Of a DNA stretch of 64,000 nucleotides, positions 63,645-64,000 are shown one piece after another. Source of the stretch: Hormiphora californensis. Lineage: Eukaryota; Animalia; Ctenophora. Under the pieces are notes generated by a model. That model had not been told where the DNA came from. It worked only from the letters and a program-made list of their open reading frames with translations, and did not search any database. The stretch spans positions 4,154,001 to 4,218,000 of the forward strand of contig CM035359.1 of assembly GCA_020137815.1 (NCBI GenBank), read 5' to 3'. Within the stretch, counting starts at the first letter, position 1, and the number at the start of each line of letters is the position of its first letter. The position numbers were made by a program, and so were the translations under genes.

Positions 63645-64000
63645 ATGAATTTCGTGTTTGTTGCTGCTGGTGACGAGGAGTTGTCGAGAAGGAGAGAGTG
63701 GTGCTGCCGTCGTGACTGCTGGTACTGGACTTCCCGGGTGCAGGTACGTGTCTCACCCACCTCCCCTAACCCTGATTTAAACATTCAATTATTGATCATC
63801 TGTAATTGCTCTATACTTAACCCTGGACCTCGTGGCCTCAAAGTGATATATAACAATGTTCAGGGGCTGGTGAGTCCAGGTCATCTAGACTCTGTCTCCC
63901 CTCCCCTGAATATGACCAAAGTTTTCGAGATCCAGGATTTTGTGTATGGTAATTCTGCTGATATCATAATTCTGAACGAAACTTGGCTCAAACCCAAGAT
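63645..64000 (+). CDS. LINE (CR1/L2-like) ORF2 N-terminus: leader + NPGP + APE endonuclease, truncated by window end
   Basis: Open from ATG 63645: ...LLIICNCSILNPGP-RGLKVIYNNVQGL...DIIILNETWLKP (APE motifs I and II). Confidence 0.8.
   Translation, partial: MNFVFVAAGDEELSRRREWCCRRDCWYWTSRVQVRVSPTSPNPDLNIQLLIICNCSILNPGPRGLKVIYNNVQGLVSPGHLDSVSPPLNMTKVFEIQDFVYGNSADIIILNETWLKPK

Overview
Eukaryotic (metazoan) genomic DNA, intron-rich and full of (GA)n microsatellites, MITEs and retroelements. The repeat content recalls ctenophore (Pleurobrachia-like) genomes, but that is recollection, not a search result. Host genes I can reconstruct with in-phase GT-AG splice sites: a Bsh/Bsx-type homeobox gene (-), two tandem tRNA-Asp(GTC), a single-exon rhodopsin-like GPCR (-), a pentraxin-domain gene (+), CCDC25 (-), and a long ARHGAP11-like RhoGAP gene (-, 5' end outside the window) with a C-type lectin gene nested antisense in one intron. 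The most notable structure fills one RhoGAP intron (46127-53739): an almost intact R4/Dong-type RLE non-LTR retrotransposon inserted into (GA)n, and head-to-tail with it a diverged non-autonomous partner. Both carry a 5' HDV-like ribozyme fold and a related ~24-bp VNTR, which lies in opposite orientation in the two elements. Also notable: a 5.2-kb poly(A)-tailed insert with a 13-bp flanking duplication carrying ~9.5 near-identical 450-bp repeats, a perfect 223-bp palindrome with two Penelope-type minimal hammerheads, a set of tiny CTGT...ACAG elements with 8-bp TSDs, and an APE LINE with a degenerate 2A-like NPGP motif. About 33.4-35.6 kb looks like unpolished, error-rich sequence.
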